Below, one piece after another: positions 47,837 to 56,894 of a stretch of 64,000 bases of DNA. Positions within the stretch are counted from its first letter, which is position 1, and each line of letters starts with the position of its first letter. The DNA is taken from positions 7,758-71,757 of the forward strand of contig JAIXQH010000055.1 in assembly GCA_027484055.1 (NCBI GenBank), read 5' to 3'. The notes below the pieces were generated by a model that saw only the letters and a program-made list of their open reading frames with translations, ran no database searches and was not told the origin of the DNA. The position numbers and the translations under genes are program-made. This DNA is from Verrucomicrobiaceae bacterium. GTDB lineage: Bacteria > Verrucomicrobiota > Verrucomicrobiia > Verrucomicrobiales > Akkermansiaceae.

Positions 47837-48349
47837 ATGGATGAAAAAACCGCCAATTTCCAGCTTCTAGAACCCAGCCGACCCGAGTCCCTCGTGCCGG
47901 ACTCGCCACTGGAGCCATGGATGACGGCGACGGCCATCGTGGCGCTACTTGCCGTGATCCTGTTTTTAAAGCTCCGCAAATCCCGCCGCAAGCCCTTCGA
48001 CTCCATCCACCGCCGCCAAGCCGCCTATGCTGAGGCCAGCTCTGCCCTCCAGTCGATCCCACGCCACCTCTCCGCTCGCGAAGCCGCCATCCCCGCCTCA
48101 CTGATCCTGCGAAAATACCTGTCCACCGCCGCGAGTGACCCAGCCCTTTTCGAGACACATGAAGAAACGATCGCCCGCCATGACGCGCTTGACGCGTTTG
48201 CTCCCGAGACGCGAGCGGCCACCATCGACGGCTTCGCCCGCCTAGCCTCCATCAAATACTCAAAAACCGAGTCTGCCACCACAGCGACAGAACTCGTCTC
48301 CGAGGCCTCCGCCCTGCTTGAAACCTTGCACCATGGATTCACCGCATGA
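47837..48349 (+). CDS. Small single-TM protein at the DUF4381 position of Bat operons
   Basis: One TM helix (WMTATAIVALLAVILFL) followed by a helical tail. The call rests on its position between the DUF58 and BatA genes. Confidence 0.55.
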   Translation: MDEKTANFQLLEPSRPESLVPDSPLEPWMTATAIVALLAVILFLKLRKSRRKPFDSIHRRQAAYAEASSALQSIPRHLSAREAAIPASLILRKYLSTAASDPALFETHEETIARHDALDAFAPETRAATIDGFARLASIKYSKTESATTATELVSEASALLETLHHGFTA

Positions 48350-49362
48350 GCGAATTTTTTGAACACTTCCGTTTCGCCCAGCCCATCTGGTTACTGCTCC
48401 TCGGCGTGGTCCTACTCCTGCTCATCCTCCGGCGCGGCAAGGGTGCAGACGCCGCTGTGATTTTCCCGAATTTAGGCATCCTCGTCAGCCTCGGGGCGAA
48501 AGTCCGTCAAGTCGCTTGGCATTGGGGACTACCACTCGCTTTTCTCGCTCTCATCTTCAGCATCCTCGCCTTAGCACGCCCGGTGTGGAGGAATGAATAC
48601 CAAAGCCGCTCTGCGAGCGGTATCGACATCATGATCGCCTTCGACGTCTCACTCTCCATGGACATCGACGACTTCGTGGACCAAGGCCTGCGAGCCAGAC
48701 GCATCGACGTCGCGAAAAAGGTCGTGGACGACTTCATCAGTCGTCGTCCAGAAGACCGCATGGGCCTCGTCGCCTTCGCCGGTCGCCCACGCGATGCCAG
48801 CCCCATCACGCTCGATCACCAATGGCTACGCAACTCCCTCGACCAACTCCGTCTCAACGACCGAGAGGACCAAGGAACCGTCAAGGAACAAGGCACCGCC
48901 ATCGGCTCCGCGCTCGCCGCCGCCGCCATTCGGCTGCAAGCACGTGACGCAAAAAGTAAGGTCATCGTGCTCATCACCGACGGCGCGAGTAACTCTGGAA
49001 AAATCTCCCCGCTCGATGCCGCAGAACAGGCGAAGACGCTCGGCATCAAGATTTACACCGTCGCCATCGGCACCACGGAAGGTCGAGTGGACCGCAGCAT
49101 CCAGCTCTTCCCTTACCAAGAATTCGACCTCCCAACGCTCCAGAAAATCGCCTCCATGACGGGTGCCGAACACTACTGGGCACAAGACTTAGCCACCCTC
49201 AAACAAACCTTCACCACCATCGACAACTTGGAAAAAACAGATGCCAAGAGCCTCGTTTCCATCAATGATACCGAGCTGTTTCCATGGTTCGTAGGACTCG
49301 CCCTCCTCTCCGCACTCGCCGCTGCTGCTTACCTCGCACTCAATCCACCGACCCCCGCCTGA
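48346..49362 (+). CDS. batA: VWA-domain membrane protein BatA-like
   Basis: N-terminal TM helices, a VWA MIDAS motif (DVSLSM), and a C-terminal TM helix. ATGA overlap with the upstream gene. Confidence 0.85.
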   Translation: MSEFFEHFRFAQPIWLLLLGVVLLLLILRRGKGADAAVIFPNLGILVSLGAKVRQVAWHWGLPLAFLALIFSILALARPVWRNEYQSRSASGIDIMIAFDVSLSMDIDDFVDQGLRARRIDVAKKVVDDFISRRPEDRMGLVAFAGRPRDASPITLDHQWLRNSLDQLRLNDREDQGTVKEQGTAIGSALAAAAIRLQARDAKSKVIVLITDGASNSGKISPLDAAEQAKTLGIKIYTVAIGTTEGRVDRSIQLFPYQEFDLPTLQKIASMTGAEHYWAQDLATLKQTFTTIDNLEKTDAKSLVSINDTELFPWFVGLALLSALAAAAYLALNPPTPA

Positions 49363-49366
49363 TCTC

Positions 49367-51340
49367 ATGAACTTCGCCCAACCCGGCTGGCTTGCACTGC
49401 TGCTCCTACTCCCCATCTTGGGAGTCGCCGCCCTGCTGACCGCGCGTCTGAAGCGGAAGCAGTGGGCCGCATTCGTCGCCCCCCGCTTGCGACCCAGCCT
49501 CCTGCGTCGGGTCAGCGCACTGCCCCGTTGGCTCGCCTTTTTATTCCTGCTCGCCGCCTGCGCCGCCGCCATCACCGCGCTCGCCCGGCCCCATGCAGAC
49601 GCCGGGACGAAAACCGAAAAAACGCTCGGTCGCAATGTCATGATCGCCCTCGACATCTCGAAAAGCATGCGGGTCGATGACGTGAAACCCGACCGCCTCA
49701 CTCAAGCGAAAGTCCTCATCGATGAGCTCCTCGAAGCCATGCCCAACGAACGCATCGGCCTCATCGGCTTCGCCGGCACGCCCAACACTTTCGCCCCGCT
49801 CACCATCGACCACAGCGCGCTCAAAGACACTCTCGACCAAATCGACGAGACCTGGGCACCCCTCGGCGGCTCCGACCTCGCCGCAGCCGTGAAACTCGCG
49901 ACCGAGACTTTGAAAAAAACCGGCCAGAAGAACAACGCCCTCATCATCCTCAGCGACGGTGAGGAAGTCCGCGACGACACCGCGCGCAGCGAACTCGCAA
50001 CCATGGCCAGCGAGGCAGAACGCAGCGGGGTTTACATCGTCGCGATCGGGGTCGGCACCGAAGACGGCAGTTTCGTGCCTAACAAAGATTTCCCAAATGG
50101 CCACATGGTGGACCGCTCAGGACGCCCCGTCATCAGCCGCCTCCAGACGGAAGTGCTCCGCAAACTCGCCGAGAGCACCAAGGGCCGCTTCGCCGTCGCT
50201 GGCTCAGGACTGGACATTTCCGCACTGGTGAAATCTCTAGTCCTCGGCATGGACGCCTTTGAAATGGAAGGTCGCGAACGCCGCATCTCCATCGAGTTCT
50301 ATCAATGGTTAATGCTTCCAGCCGTCCTTTTTCTCATTCTCTCTATCGTCGCCGCCACTCGTTGGAAGGGCGTGCAACCCGCGTTACTGGCCTTCGGGTT
50401 CTTGTTCATCGGTGCTCGGGCCACAGCCAGTGAAGCCTCAAGCGCCAAAGATCTGCTCAACGCCAAACGCTACCCAGAAGCCCAAAAAAGCTACCGTCAA
50501 CTCGCCGAGACGACCCGCGCCTCCGAGAAAAAGGCCCGCTACCATCTCGGCGAGGGAACTGCCGCCTACCGCGCTGGTGACTTCCGCGAGGCACGCAGCG
50601 CCTTCAGCCACGCCTTGGAAAGTTCCGACTCCCAAGCACTCGGTAACGCCCATCTCGGCTTGGGCAATACGCTCTTTCAACTGGGCTGGAAAGGACTCGC
50701 CGCCGACGCCTACCCCAATGATCCCTCCCAAGTCCCAGATCTCGACCGTTTCAGCACCCTTGTGAAGGAAGCCCTCGCCAAGCTCCGCGACAGCGATGCC
50801 TCGGACACCGGCGACACTGGCGGCTACCTCCAGATCGAGTCGCTCATCAGCAACTGGACCGACGCCGTCCGCCACTTCGAGTCGTCCTCTCAGCACCTCT
50901 CCCCCGACCCCGCACCGGCCAATAACCGCAGGCTCACACTGACCTACCTTCAACGCCTCGCAGAACTGCTCGAAGAGGAAAAAAATGAAACCGAGCAATC
51001 CATGCCGCAAACCGGACCCGGCTCACCCCAAGAGGGCGAAGGGGATGGCGACGGCGATGAAGAAGGCGATGGCCAGGGCCAAGGTAAGGGCAAAAGCGAC
51101 GGCAAGGGCGGCAAATCCAAGAATCCTCGGGGAAAAAACTCCGAGAAGAATCCCCCCGACAAAGACGGTCCCGGCGGGGACAAAAAAGCTCCAGACCCCC
51201 TCGGCAAAGCACCAGGAGACAACCCCAACGAGTCACCGCAAGATCGCGCAAGCCGCATCCTCAAAGAAAATGCCGATTCTGAAAAAGGCCCACTATCGCC
51301 CGGACGCCGAGACTTCGGCGATGCTGAAAAAGACTGGTAA
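49367..51340 (+). CDS. batB: VWA + TPR protein (BatB/BatC-like fusion) with charged low-complexity tail
   Basis: LDISKSM MIDAS motif, a central TM helix, TPR repeats (YHLGEGTAAYRAGDFREA...), and a Gly/Asp/Lys-rich tail. Confidence 0.85.
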   Translation: MNFAQPGWLALLLLLPILGVAALLTARLKRKQWAAFVAPRLRPSLLRRVSALPRWLAFLFLLAACAAAITALARPHADAGTKTEKTLGRNVMIALDISKSMRVDDVKPDRLTQAKVLIDELLEAMPNERIGLIGFAGTPNTFAPLTIDHSALKDTLDQIDETWAPLGGSDLAAAVKLATETLKKTGQKNNALIILSDGEEVRDDTARSELATMASEAERSGVYIVAIGVGTEDGSFVPNKDFPNGHMVDRSGRPVISRLQTEVLRKLAESTKGRFAVAGSGLDISALVKSLVLGMDAFEMEGRERRISIEFYQWLMLPAVLFLILSIVAATRWKGVQPALLAFGFLFIGARATASEASSAKDLLNAKRYPEAQKSYRQLAETTRASEKKARYHLGEGTAAYRAGDFREARSAFSHALESSDSQALGNAHLGLGNTLFQLGWKGLAADAYPNDPSQVPDLDRFSTLVKEALAKLRDSDASDTGDTGGYLQIESLISNWTDAVRHFESSSQHLSPDPAPANNRRLTLTYLQRLAELLEEEKNETEQSMPQTGPGSPQEGEGDGDGDEEGDGQGQGKGKSDGKGGKSKNPRGKNSEKNPPDKDGPGGDKKAPDPLGKAPGDNPNESPQDRASRILKENADSEKGPLSPGRRDFGDAEKDW

Positions 51341-51344
51341 ACTT

Positions 51345-53768
51345 ATGGACTCTCACCACCCACACCGCCGTTTCCTCACCTCCTTCGCGCTAGGCTTGCT
51401 ACTCTGCTCCGTCGCCTTCGGCCAGACCACCAGCCGTCTATCCACCGCCTTTCTTGCACGTGGCGAGCAGAGCTGCTTGGACATTTCCGTCATCGGCGGT
51501 GAGCCAAACGAGGTTCCTCAAATCCCCCAAGTCAAGAATCTCACTATCAGCCCAGTCGGCTCCGGCCCACGAACCCGCGTTAGCGGCGGCAGGCGCTTAG
51601 AGTATCTTTTCCAATACCTCGTCACCAGTTACGAAGTCGGTAAATTCACCATCCCACCCATCGAGATCACCGTCAGCGGCGTCAAGCAGATCACCCAACC
51701 CATCGACCTAGAAATCTTCAATCCAGACGATCTCGAATGGACCGAAATCACCGCTGGCGACCGGCTCATCCGCTACGCCGCCCTCTTCCGAGCCTCCGAG
51801 ACTGAGCCTTTTGAAAACCAAACCACACCTACCGAAATCAAGGTTTACGTCCCAGAGGAACTCGTCGTGGACGACTGGGGCATCCCAGATTTCCAGCGCG
51901 ACGGACTCACGGCTTGGCGCTTCCAGCCGACCCTCATGCGCAGCACGGTGAACCTGCTCGGCATGCGCTACGTCGGAGTGTCCTACCCAAGCACCATTAC
52001 CCCGACCCGCCCAGGCCCGGTCAGCATCGGTCCGGCCAAGGTGCGCCTTATCACTCGCGAATCCGTTCTCACCCCCTACCCACGCCAAGTGAATAAAGAG
52101 CTCTACTTGGAAGTTCCGAAGCTCACCGTGGAGTCCAAGCCACTCCCGCCCGATGCTCCAGAGGGCTTTGCCAATGCCGTTGGTAGCTTCACGCTCAGCG
52201 CCAGCACCGCCAATTCTGAAATCCAAGAAGGTGACCCCATCGCCATGGATCTCGTCGTCAGCGGCAGCGGGAATCTCGACACCCTCCGCCCACCCGAACT
52301 CGCCGATACCGACGGCTGGAAAGTCTATGGCACCAACACCGAGCAACGCGGAGACGAACGCCGCCAACTCTCCGGCACCGTCGTCTTCCATCAATCGATC
52401 CGCCCACTTTCCCTCAAGACCGCCATCCCGCCGTTTCGCTTCGTCTATTTCGACCCCAAGGAAATGCTCTATAAAACCCTCACCAGTCAGCCGATTGCGT
52501 TGAAAATGATACCCACCAAGTCCGCCTTTAGCGCCGTAGGCCCCCCACCCGCAGCACCCGTCCCCTTCGAGGCCATGAGCGACATCCTCGCCCCACTCCA
52601 TCCCGCCCAGCTAACCGTTCCACGCTCCTTCGCCCCACCCGAGTGGCTCTGGCACACCCTCGCCGCAGCGCTCGCATTGCTACTCTTCGCCAAAGCACTC
52701 TGGAGGCAATACGGCCCACGCTTTGCCAAAAACCCACTCGACCGCCAGCGCGCACTCGAGCTTCGCGAAATCGAAAACAGCCCTGCCGATGACCTCGAAT
52801 TCCTCGGCTCCACCGGCCGCTTTATCGAGCGCTGGCTCTCCACCCAGCAAGACCCCGCGCTCCAAGCCATCATCGCCGAGCGCGATGCCCTACGCTTCCG
52901 CGCCGAGAAAATCCCGAACGTGCTCGCCCCCCAGCGCCGCAGCGAGATCCTCAACATTCTGCGGAAATCCGCCATCACCCTCATTTTCCTGCTCGCACTC
53001 GGTGCCCGCCCCGTCCACGCCGCCGACCTCGCCCAGCAAGCGCAGCAGGCTTACGATTCGGCGAATTTCGACGAAGCGCTCTCACTTTGGCTCAGCGCCG
53101 GCCCCTACGACTCCCTCAGCGCAGATACCCTCTACAACATCGGCAATGCCTGCTACCGCTCCGGCTCCCCCGGGGACGCCGCGCTTTATTATCGCCGTGC
53201 CCTCATCAAATCACCCGAGCACCCCGAGTCCCGCCAGAACCTCCGCTTCATCGAGCGGAAATACGGCTCCATCACCGTCAGCCACGCACCCTTCCAAGAC
53301 CAAATTGCCAAATTACCCCTCTCCGTCTGGCGCAGCGTCACTTGGGCCAGCATCTGGCTTATCCTCTTAGCGCTGCTCATTTTCCCGGCCACCCCACTCC
53401 ACTCGCGGCTCCGCCCAGTCGCTGTCGCCACTCTCATCCTCGCGCCACTGCTCGCCTCAATCAGCTTACTCGGCTGGTATTACTTCCCAGACGACGCCCA
53501 GTTCGCCGCCATCGAAAAACAGGCCGTTATCATCGGCCAAGACGTCACCCTCCATACCGACGCTGCCCGCACCGCGCCTAAAGTCACCGCCGCCCCACCC
53601 GGATCGCTCTGTGAAGTCATCGTTGTCTCCGGCCGCTGGGCCTACGTCGCCTTCGCCACCAAGACGCGTGGCTGGATCCTCGTCGAGTCGATCGAGCCCA
53701 TCGTTCCCCGCAGTGCCCCCATCCCGCCGAAATTCCGCAAGCCCGAGGCTGACGGGAAATCCGCTTAA
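51345..53768 (+). CDS. batD: BatD-like protein fused to TPR and SH3b-like C-terminus (BatD/BatE-like)
   Basis: The ATG at 51345 gives a signal peptide; the track start at 50985 lies inside batB. The BatD-like beta-rich region is followed by TM helices, a TPR (YNIGNACYRSGSPGDAALYYRRAL) and a GRWAYVAF..TRGWILVESI SH3b-like end. Confidence 0.8.
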   Translation: MDSHHPHRRFLTSFALGLLLCSVAFGQTTSRLSTAFLARGEQSCLDISVIGGEPNEVPQIPQVKNLTISPVGSGPRTRVSGGRRLEYLFQYLVTSYEVGKFTIPPIEITVSGVKQITQPIDLEIFNPDDLEWTEITAGDRLIRYAALFRASETEPFENQTTPTEIKVYVPEELVVDDWGIPDFQRDGLTAWRFQPTLMRSTVNLLGMRYVGVSYPSTITPTRPGPVSIGPAKVRLITRESVLTPYPRQVNKELYLEVPKLTVESKPLPPDAPEGFANAVGSFTLSASTANSEIQEGDPIAMDLVVSGSGNLDTLRPPELADTDGWKVYGTNTEQRGDERRQLSGTVVFHQSIRPLSLKTAIPPFRFVYFDPKEMLYKTLTSQPIALKMIPTKSAFSAVGPPPAAPVPFEAMSDILAPLHPAQLTVPRSFAPPEWLWHTLAAALALLLFAKALWRQYGPRFAKNPLDRQRALELREIENSPADDLEFLGSTGRFIERWLSTQQDPALQAIIAERDALRFRAEKIPNVLAPQRRSEILNILRKSAITLIFLLALGARPVHAADLAQQAQQAYDSANFDEALSLWLSAGPYDSLSADTLYNIGNACYRSGSPGDAALYYRRALIKSPEHPESRQNLRFIERKYGSITVSHAPFQDQIAKLPLSVWRSVTWASIWLILLALLIFPATPLHSRLRPVAVATLILAPLLASISLLGWYYFPDDAQFAAIEKQAVIIGQDVTLHTDAARTAPKVTAAPPGSLCEVIVVSGRWAYVAFATKTRGWILVESIEPIVPRSAPIPPKFRKPEADGKSA

Positions 53769-53778
53769 ATCCTCCTTC

Positions 53779-54282
53779 ATGCGTGTCCTCTCCATCGATC
53801 CGGCCATCCGCAACACTGGCTACGCCATCCTCGACGGCGATCCCCGCAAGCCCACAGTCCTCACCTACGACGTCATCGCCATCCCCAAGGCCATCCCTCA
53901 GTCCGCCGCCCTCTCCGCCATCCATCGCCACCTCGTCCACGTCATCCAGAAGTTCCAACCAGACGAAGTCGCCGTAGAAGGCATCATCTACGTTCAGTCG
54001 CACAAGACCGCCATCACCATGGGTGCCGCCCGCGCCGCCGCCCTCATCGCCGCTGCGGAACATGGGCTGAAGGTTTACGAATACTCCCCGAAAAAGGTGA
54101 AAATGGCCGTCGTCGGCAAAGGCACCGCCGACAAGGCACAAGTCGCCTTCATGGTCCGCGCCCTGCTCAGCCTTGCTGAAACGCCCCCCGCAGACGCCGC
54201 AGACGCCCTCGCCATCGGCATGGCCCACCTCCAAGCGTCCGATCCCATCCGGGCCAAGCTCCTGGAACGCAGACTTGTCTAA
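53779..54282 (+). CDS. ruvC: Crossover junction endodeoxyribonuclease RuvC
   Basis: MRVLSIDPAIRNTGYAIL, VAVEGIIY and DAADALAIGMAHL. The ATG at 53779 is chosen; the track start is inside batD. Confidence 0.9.
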   Translation: MRVLSIDPAIRNTGYAILDGDPRKPTVLTYDVIAIPKAIPQSAALSAIHRHLVHVIQKFQPDEVAVEGIIYVQSHKTAITMGAARAAALIAAAEHGLKVYEYSPKKVKMAVVGKGTADKAQVAFMVRALLSLAETPPADAADALAIGMAHLQASDPIRAKLLERRLV

Positions 54283-54284
54283 CC

Positions 54285-54908
54285 ATGCTCCACTTCGTCC
54301 ACCTCCCCGGCCTCATCGACTACGCCGCTGGCCTCAAATTGCAGGAAGACCACTGCGCCGCCATCCTCGCCGGCGCCGCCGAAGATACGATTTTCCTACT
54401 GGAACATCAGCCCGTTTACACCATCGGCCGCTTGCGTGACCAATCCTCCCTGCGCGATCCCGCCTCGCTCCCCCATCCGCTCCACGAGACCAATCGCGGC
54501 GGCCAAGCCACCTACCACGGCCCCGGCCAACTCGTCGGCTATCCCATTCTCGACCTCACCCCGCGTGGCAAAGACCTCCACGAGCATTTGAGAAAACTGG
54601 AAGACGCCCTCATCCAAGCCTGTCACCACTTCGGCGTCGCCGCCAACCGCCGCCCCGGCCTCACCGGCGTGTGGGTGGAAAACCGCAAACTCGCCTCCAT
54701 CGGCGTGGGTGTTAGGAAATGGATTTCCATGCACGGCTTCGCCATCAACATCACCCAGGAATCCTTGCCACCCTTTTTCGCGATCACCCCCTGCGGGCTC
54801 GATGGAGTGAGCATGACCAGCCTAGAATCCGAAGCCGGACGCCTCATCTCTGTCACCGAAGCCGCCCAAGTCATCGCGGAGAAATTGCGGGTGCTCGATC
54901 TTCCCTGA
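54285..54908 (+). CDS. lipB: Lipoyl(octanoyl) transferase
   Basis: EHQPVYTIG, RGGQATYHGPGQLVGYPIL and KWISMHGFAINI. Confidence 0.9.
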   Translation: MLHFVHLPGLIDYAAGLKLQEDHCAAILAGAAEDTIFLLEHQPVYTIGRLRDQSSLRDPASLPHPLHETNRGGQATYHGPGQLVGYPILDLTPRGKDLHEHLRKLEDALIQACHHFGVAANRRPGLTGVWVENRKLASIGVGVRKWISMHGFAINITQESLPPFFAITPCGLDGVSMTSLESEAGRLISVTEAAQVIAEKLRVLDLP

Positions 54909-54952
54909 TAAAGCAGTCTAGAAACCAAAACGGAATCCCCTGCATTTCACAA

Positions 54953-55138
54953 ATGTCCACCAAGGAACTCGCCATGGAAACCATCAAGGGCCTTCCCGAA
55001 AATGCCTCCTGGCAGGATATCCAAGAACGCATTCTATTCCTCTCTGCGATTGAAAAATCTCGGGATGAAGTGCGGCGAGGTGATGTCGTCCCCCATGAAG
55101 AAGTCTGTAACTTACTCAATGAATGGATTACCGAGTAA
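54953..55138 (+). CDS. Small antitoxin-like protein (61 aa), orphan
   Basis: MSTKELAMETIKGLPENASWQDIQERILFLSAIEKSRDEVRRGDVVPHEEV...W. From memory, this is the pattern of small proteins usually encoded just upstream of RelE/ParE-type toxins. Confidence 0.45.
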   Translation: MSTKELAMETIKGLPENASWQDIQERILFLSAIEKSRDEVRRGDVVPHEEVCNLLNEWITE

Positions 55139-55205
55139 TCTGACGTGAAGCCTCAATTTTTACCGGTGGTTTGACATCGTTAATTTTGGATGGTTCGATA
55201 GTGCC

Positions 55206-55517
55206 GTGCTTGCTTCGCCAACCTCATACCCCCATCTCCATATGGATACGTCTGGGCGGGTTTGGGTCGATGACGCAAACGTTAAAGTGATTGAGGTTGT
55301 TGCAGACTTTCTTGCTCACGGGTCGTCGGTCGAGGAAATGGCTCTTCAATTCCCCCATCTCACGCCGTCCTCTATCCACTCCGCCTTGTCGTATTACTAC
55401 GATCATCGCGAGACATTCGAAGCGGAATTGAGCGCCAGCTTGATCTCCTACCGCGGAAAAGCTGCCGCTGAATCGCCGCTACGATCGCGATTATCAAAGG
55501 TTTCAGCCTCAATATGA
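55206..55517 (+). CDS. DUF433-domain antitoxin-like protein
   Basis: ...VKVIEVVADFLAHGSSVEEMALQFPHLTPSSIHSALSYYYDH... matches the DUF433 HTH-like core. 4-nt ATGA overlap with the next gene. Confidence 0.75.
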   Translation: MLASPTSYPHLHMDTSGRVWVDDANVKVIEVVADFLAHGSSVEEMALQFPHLTPSSIHSALSYYYDHRETFEAELSASLISYRGKAAAESPLRSRLSKVSASI

Positions 55518-55843
55518 GTCTAGCCCTCTACATGGATGTCCATGTAAGAAGGGCTGTCACCAGTGGCCTACGTTTGCGCGGGGTCGATGTCCTTACGGCC
55601 CAAGAAGATGGCACCGCCCGTTGGCCTGACGACCAACTCCTTGATCGCGCCGGGGCATTGAAAAGAGTTCTTTTCAGTCAGGACGACGACCTCTTGATCG
55701 AAGCTGAGCGCCGCCAGCGTGAAAATCACTATTTCGCGGGAGTCATTTATGCCCATCAACTTGCAATTACAGTCGGTCATGTGTCCATGATCTTGAGATT
55801 CTTGCAAAAGTTGGTGTTCCCGAAGATCTCGAAAATCGAGTAG
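55514..55843 (+). pseudogene. DUF5615-family PIN-like toxin, apparent 1-nt frameshift near 55778-55780
   Basis: [28 protein letters not shown]...[11 protein letters not shown]...FAGVIYAHQL is family-typical. The family-typical tail CVHDLEILAKVGVPEDLENRVEFLPL* is encoded in another frame (55780-55860). Confidence 0.65.
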
Positions 55844-55989
55844 AGTTTTTGCCTTTGTAAATTCAATAAAGATGGGCTGCGATGATCAGGCTTTAGAGGT
55901 AGAATAGTCCAAATCACCCAAAGCCCTGACAAATTAAGGATTGCCGGACTGGCTCGCGATTTGCTTAGACACGGTAAGCAAAAACCATC

Positions 55990-56853
55990 ATGCGCCTGAA
56001 AATCACCAAGACTCCAAAATGCTACGTCGGCGGCAGTTTCATCCGTTCCGAGAGCGCCCGCGTCAGCCCACTGCTCGACGCTGCGGGTGAGTTTTATGCG
56101 AATATTCCCGTTTGCTCCCGCAAGGATCTTAGAAATGCCGTGGAAGCCGCCGCCAAGGCTGGTCCCGGCTGGGCTGCCCGGAACGCCTACAACCGTGGCC
56201 AAATCCTCTACCGCCTCGCAGAAATGCTAGAAGCTCGCGCCGCTGAAATGAGCGAGGCCATCCAGCTCGGCGGCAGCTCCCCAGCACAAGCCGAGCGTGA
56301 AGTGGCCGCCAGCGTCGAACGCATCGTCCACTACGCCGGCTGGACCGATAAATTCCAAGCCCTGCTCGGCAGCGTGAACCCCGTTTCCTCGCCGCATTTC
56401 AATTTCACCGTGACCGAGCCGATGGGCATCATCGGTGTCATCTGCCCGGATGCCTCACCCCTGCTCGGCCTGATTTCTCTCGTCCTTCCCGCCATCACCA
56501 GCGGCAACACCGTCGTCACCCTCGTCTCCACCACCCAGCCCTACCCCGCCATTTTACTCGGAGAAATGCTCGCCACCAGCGACCTTCCCGGCGGCGTGGT
56601 GAATCTACTCACCGGCCAACGAGACGAGCTGATCCCCACTTTCGCCACCCACGCCCACCTCCGTGGCCTATCCGCTTTCGCCACCTTGGAAGAACGTAAA
56701 ACCCTCCAGATCGGTGCTGCCGATAGCGTGAAACGCCTCAAATCCATCCCCGCCGAAACCGCCTACGATTGGTATGCCGACAGTGCCCAAGGCCTCTACG
56801 AAATCCGCGACCACTTGGAATCCAAAACCACCTGGCACCCAATCGGGGCTTAA
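55990..56853 (+). CDS. Aldehyde-dehydrogenase-like protein lacking the catalytic domain
   Basis: 287 aa align by eye to the ALDH N-terminal NAD-binding half (..SRKDLRNAVEAAAKA..W..., EPMGIIGVICP, PAITSGNTVV, PGGVVNLLTG). The sequence ends about where ELGGK would be, and there is no catalytic Cys region. Confidence 0.7.
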   Translation: MRLKITKTPKCYVGGSFIRSESARVSPLLDAAGEFYANIPVCSRKDLRNAVEAAAKAGPGWAARNAYNRGQILYRLAEMLEARAAEMSEAIQLGGSSPAQAEREVAASVERIVHYAGWTDKFQALLGSVNPVSSPHFNFTVTEPMGIIGVICPDASPLLGLISLVLPAITSGNTVVTLVSTTQPYPAILLGEMLATSDLPGGVVNLLTGQRDELIPTFATHAHLRGLSAFATLEERKTLQIGAADSVKRLKSIPAETAYDWYADSAQGLYEIRDHLESKTTWHPIGA

Positions 56854-56894
56854 TTCACCCTTGTCGGAAGCTCTAAAAGGGCTACCCATCCCGC

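Noticed and set aside
51030-51130. Short tandem ggcga(t/c)/ggcaa-type repeats, considered as a repeat array or CRISPR-like feature
   Set aside because: They are in frame within batB and encode a Gly/Asp/Lys low-complexity tail. The units are 6-9 nt and imperfect, with no spacer/repeat architecture.
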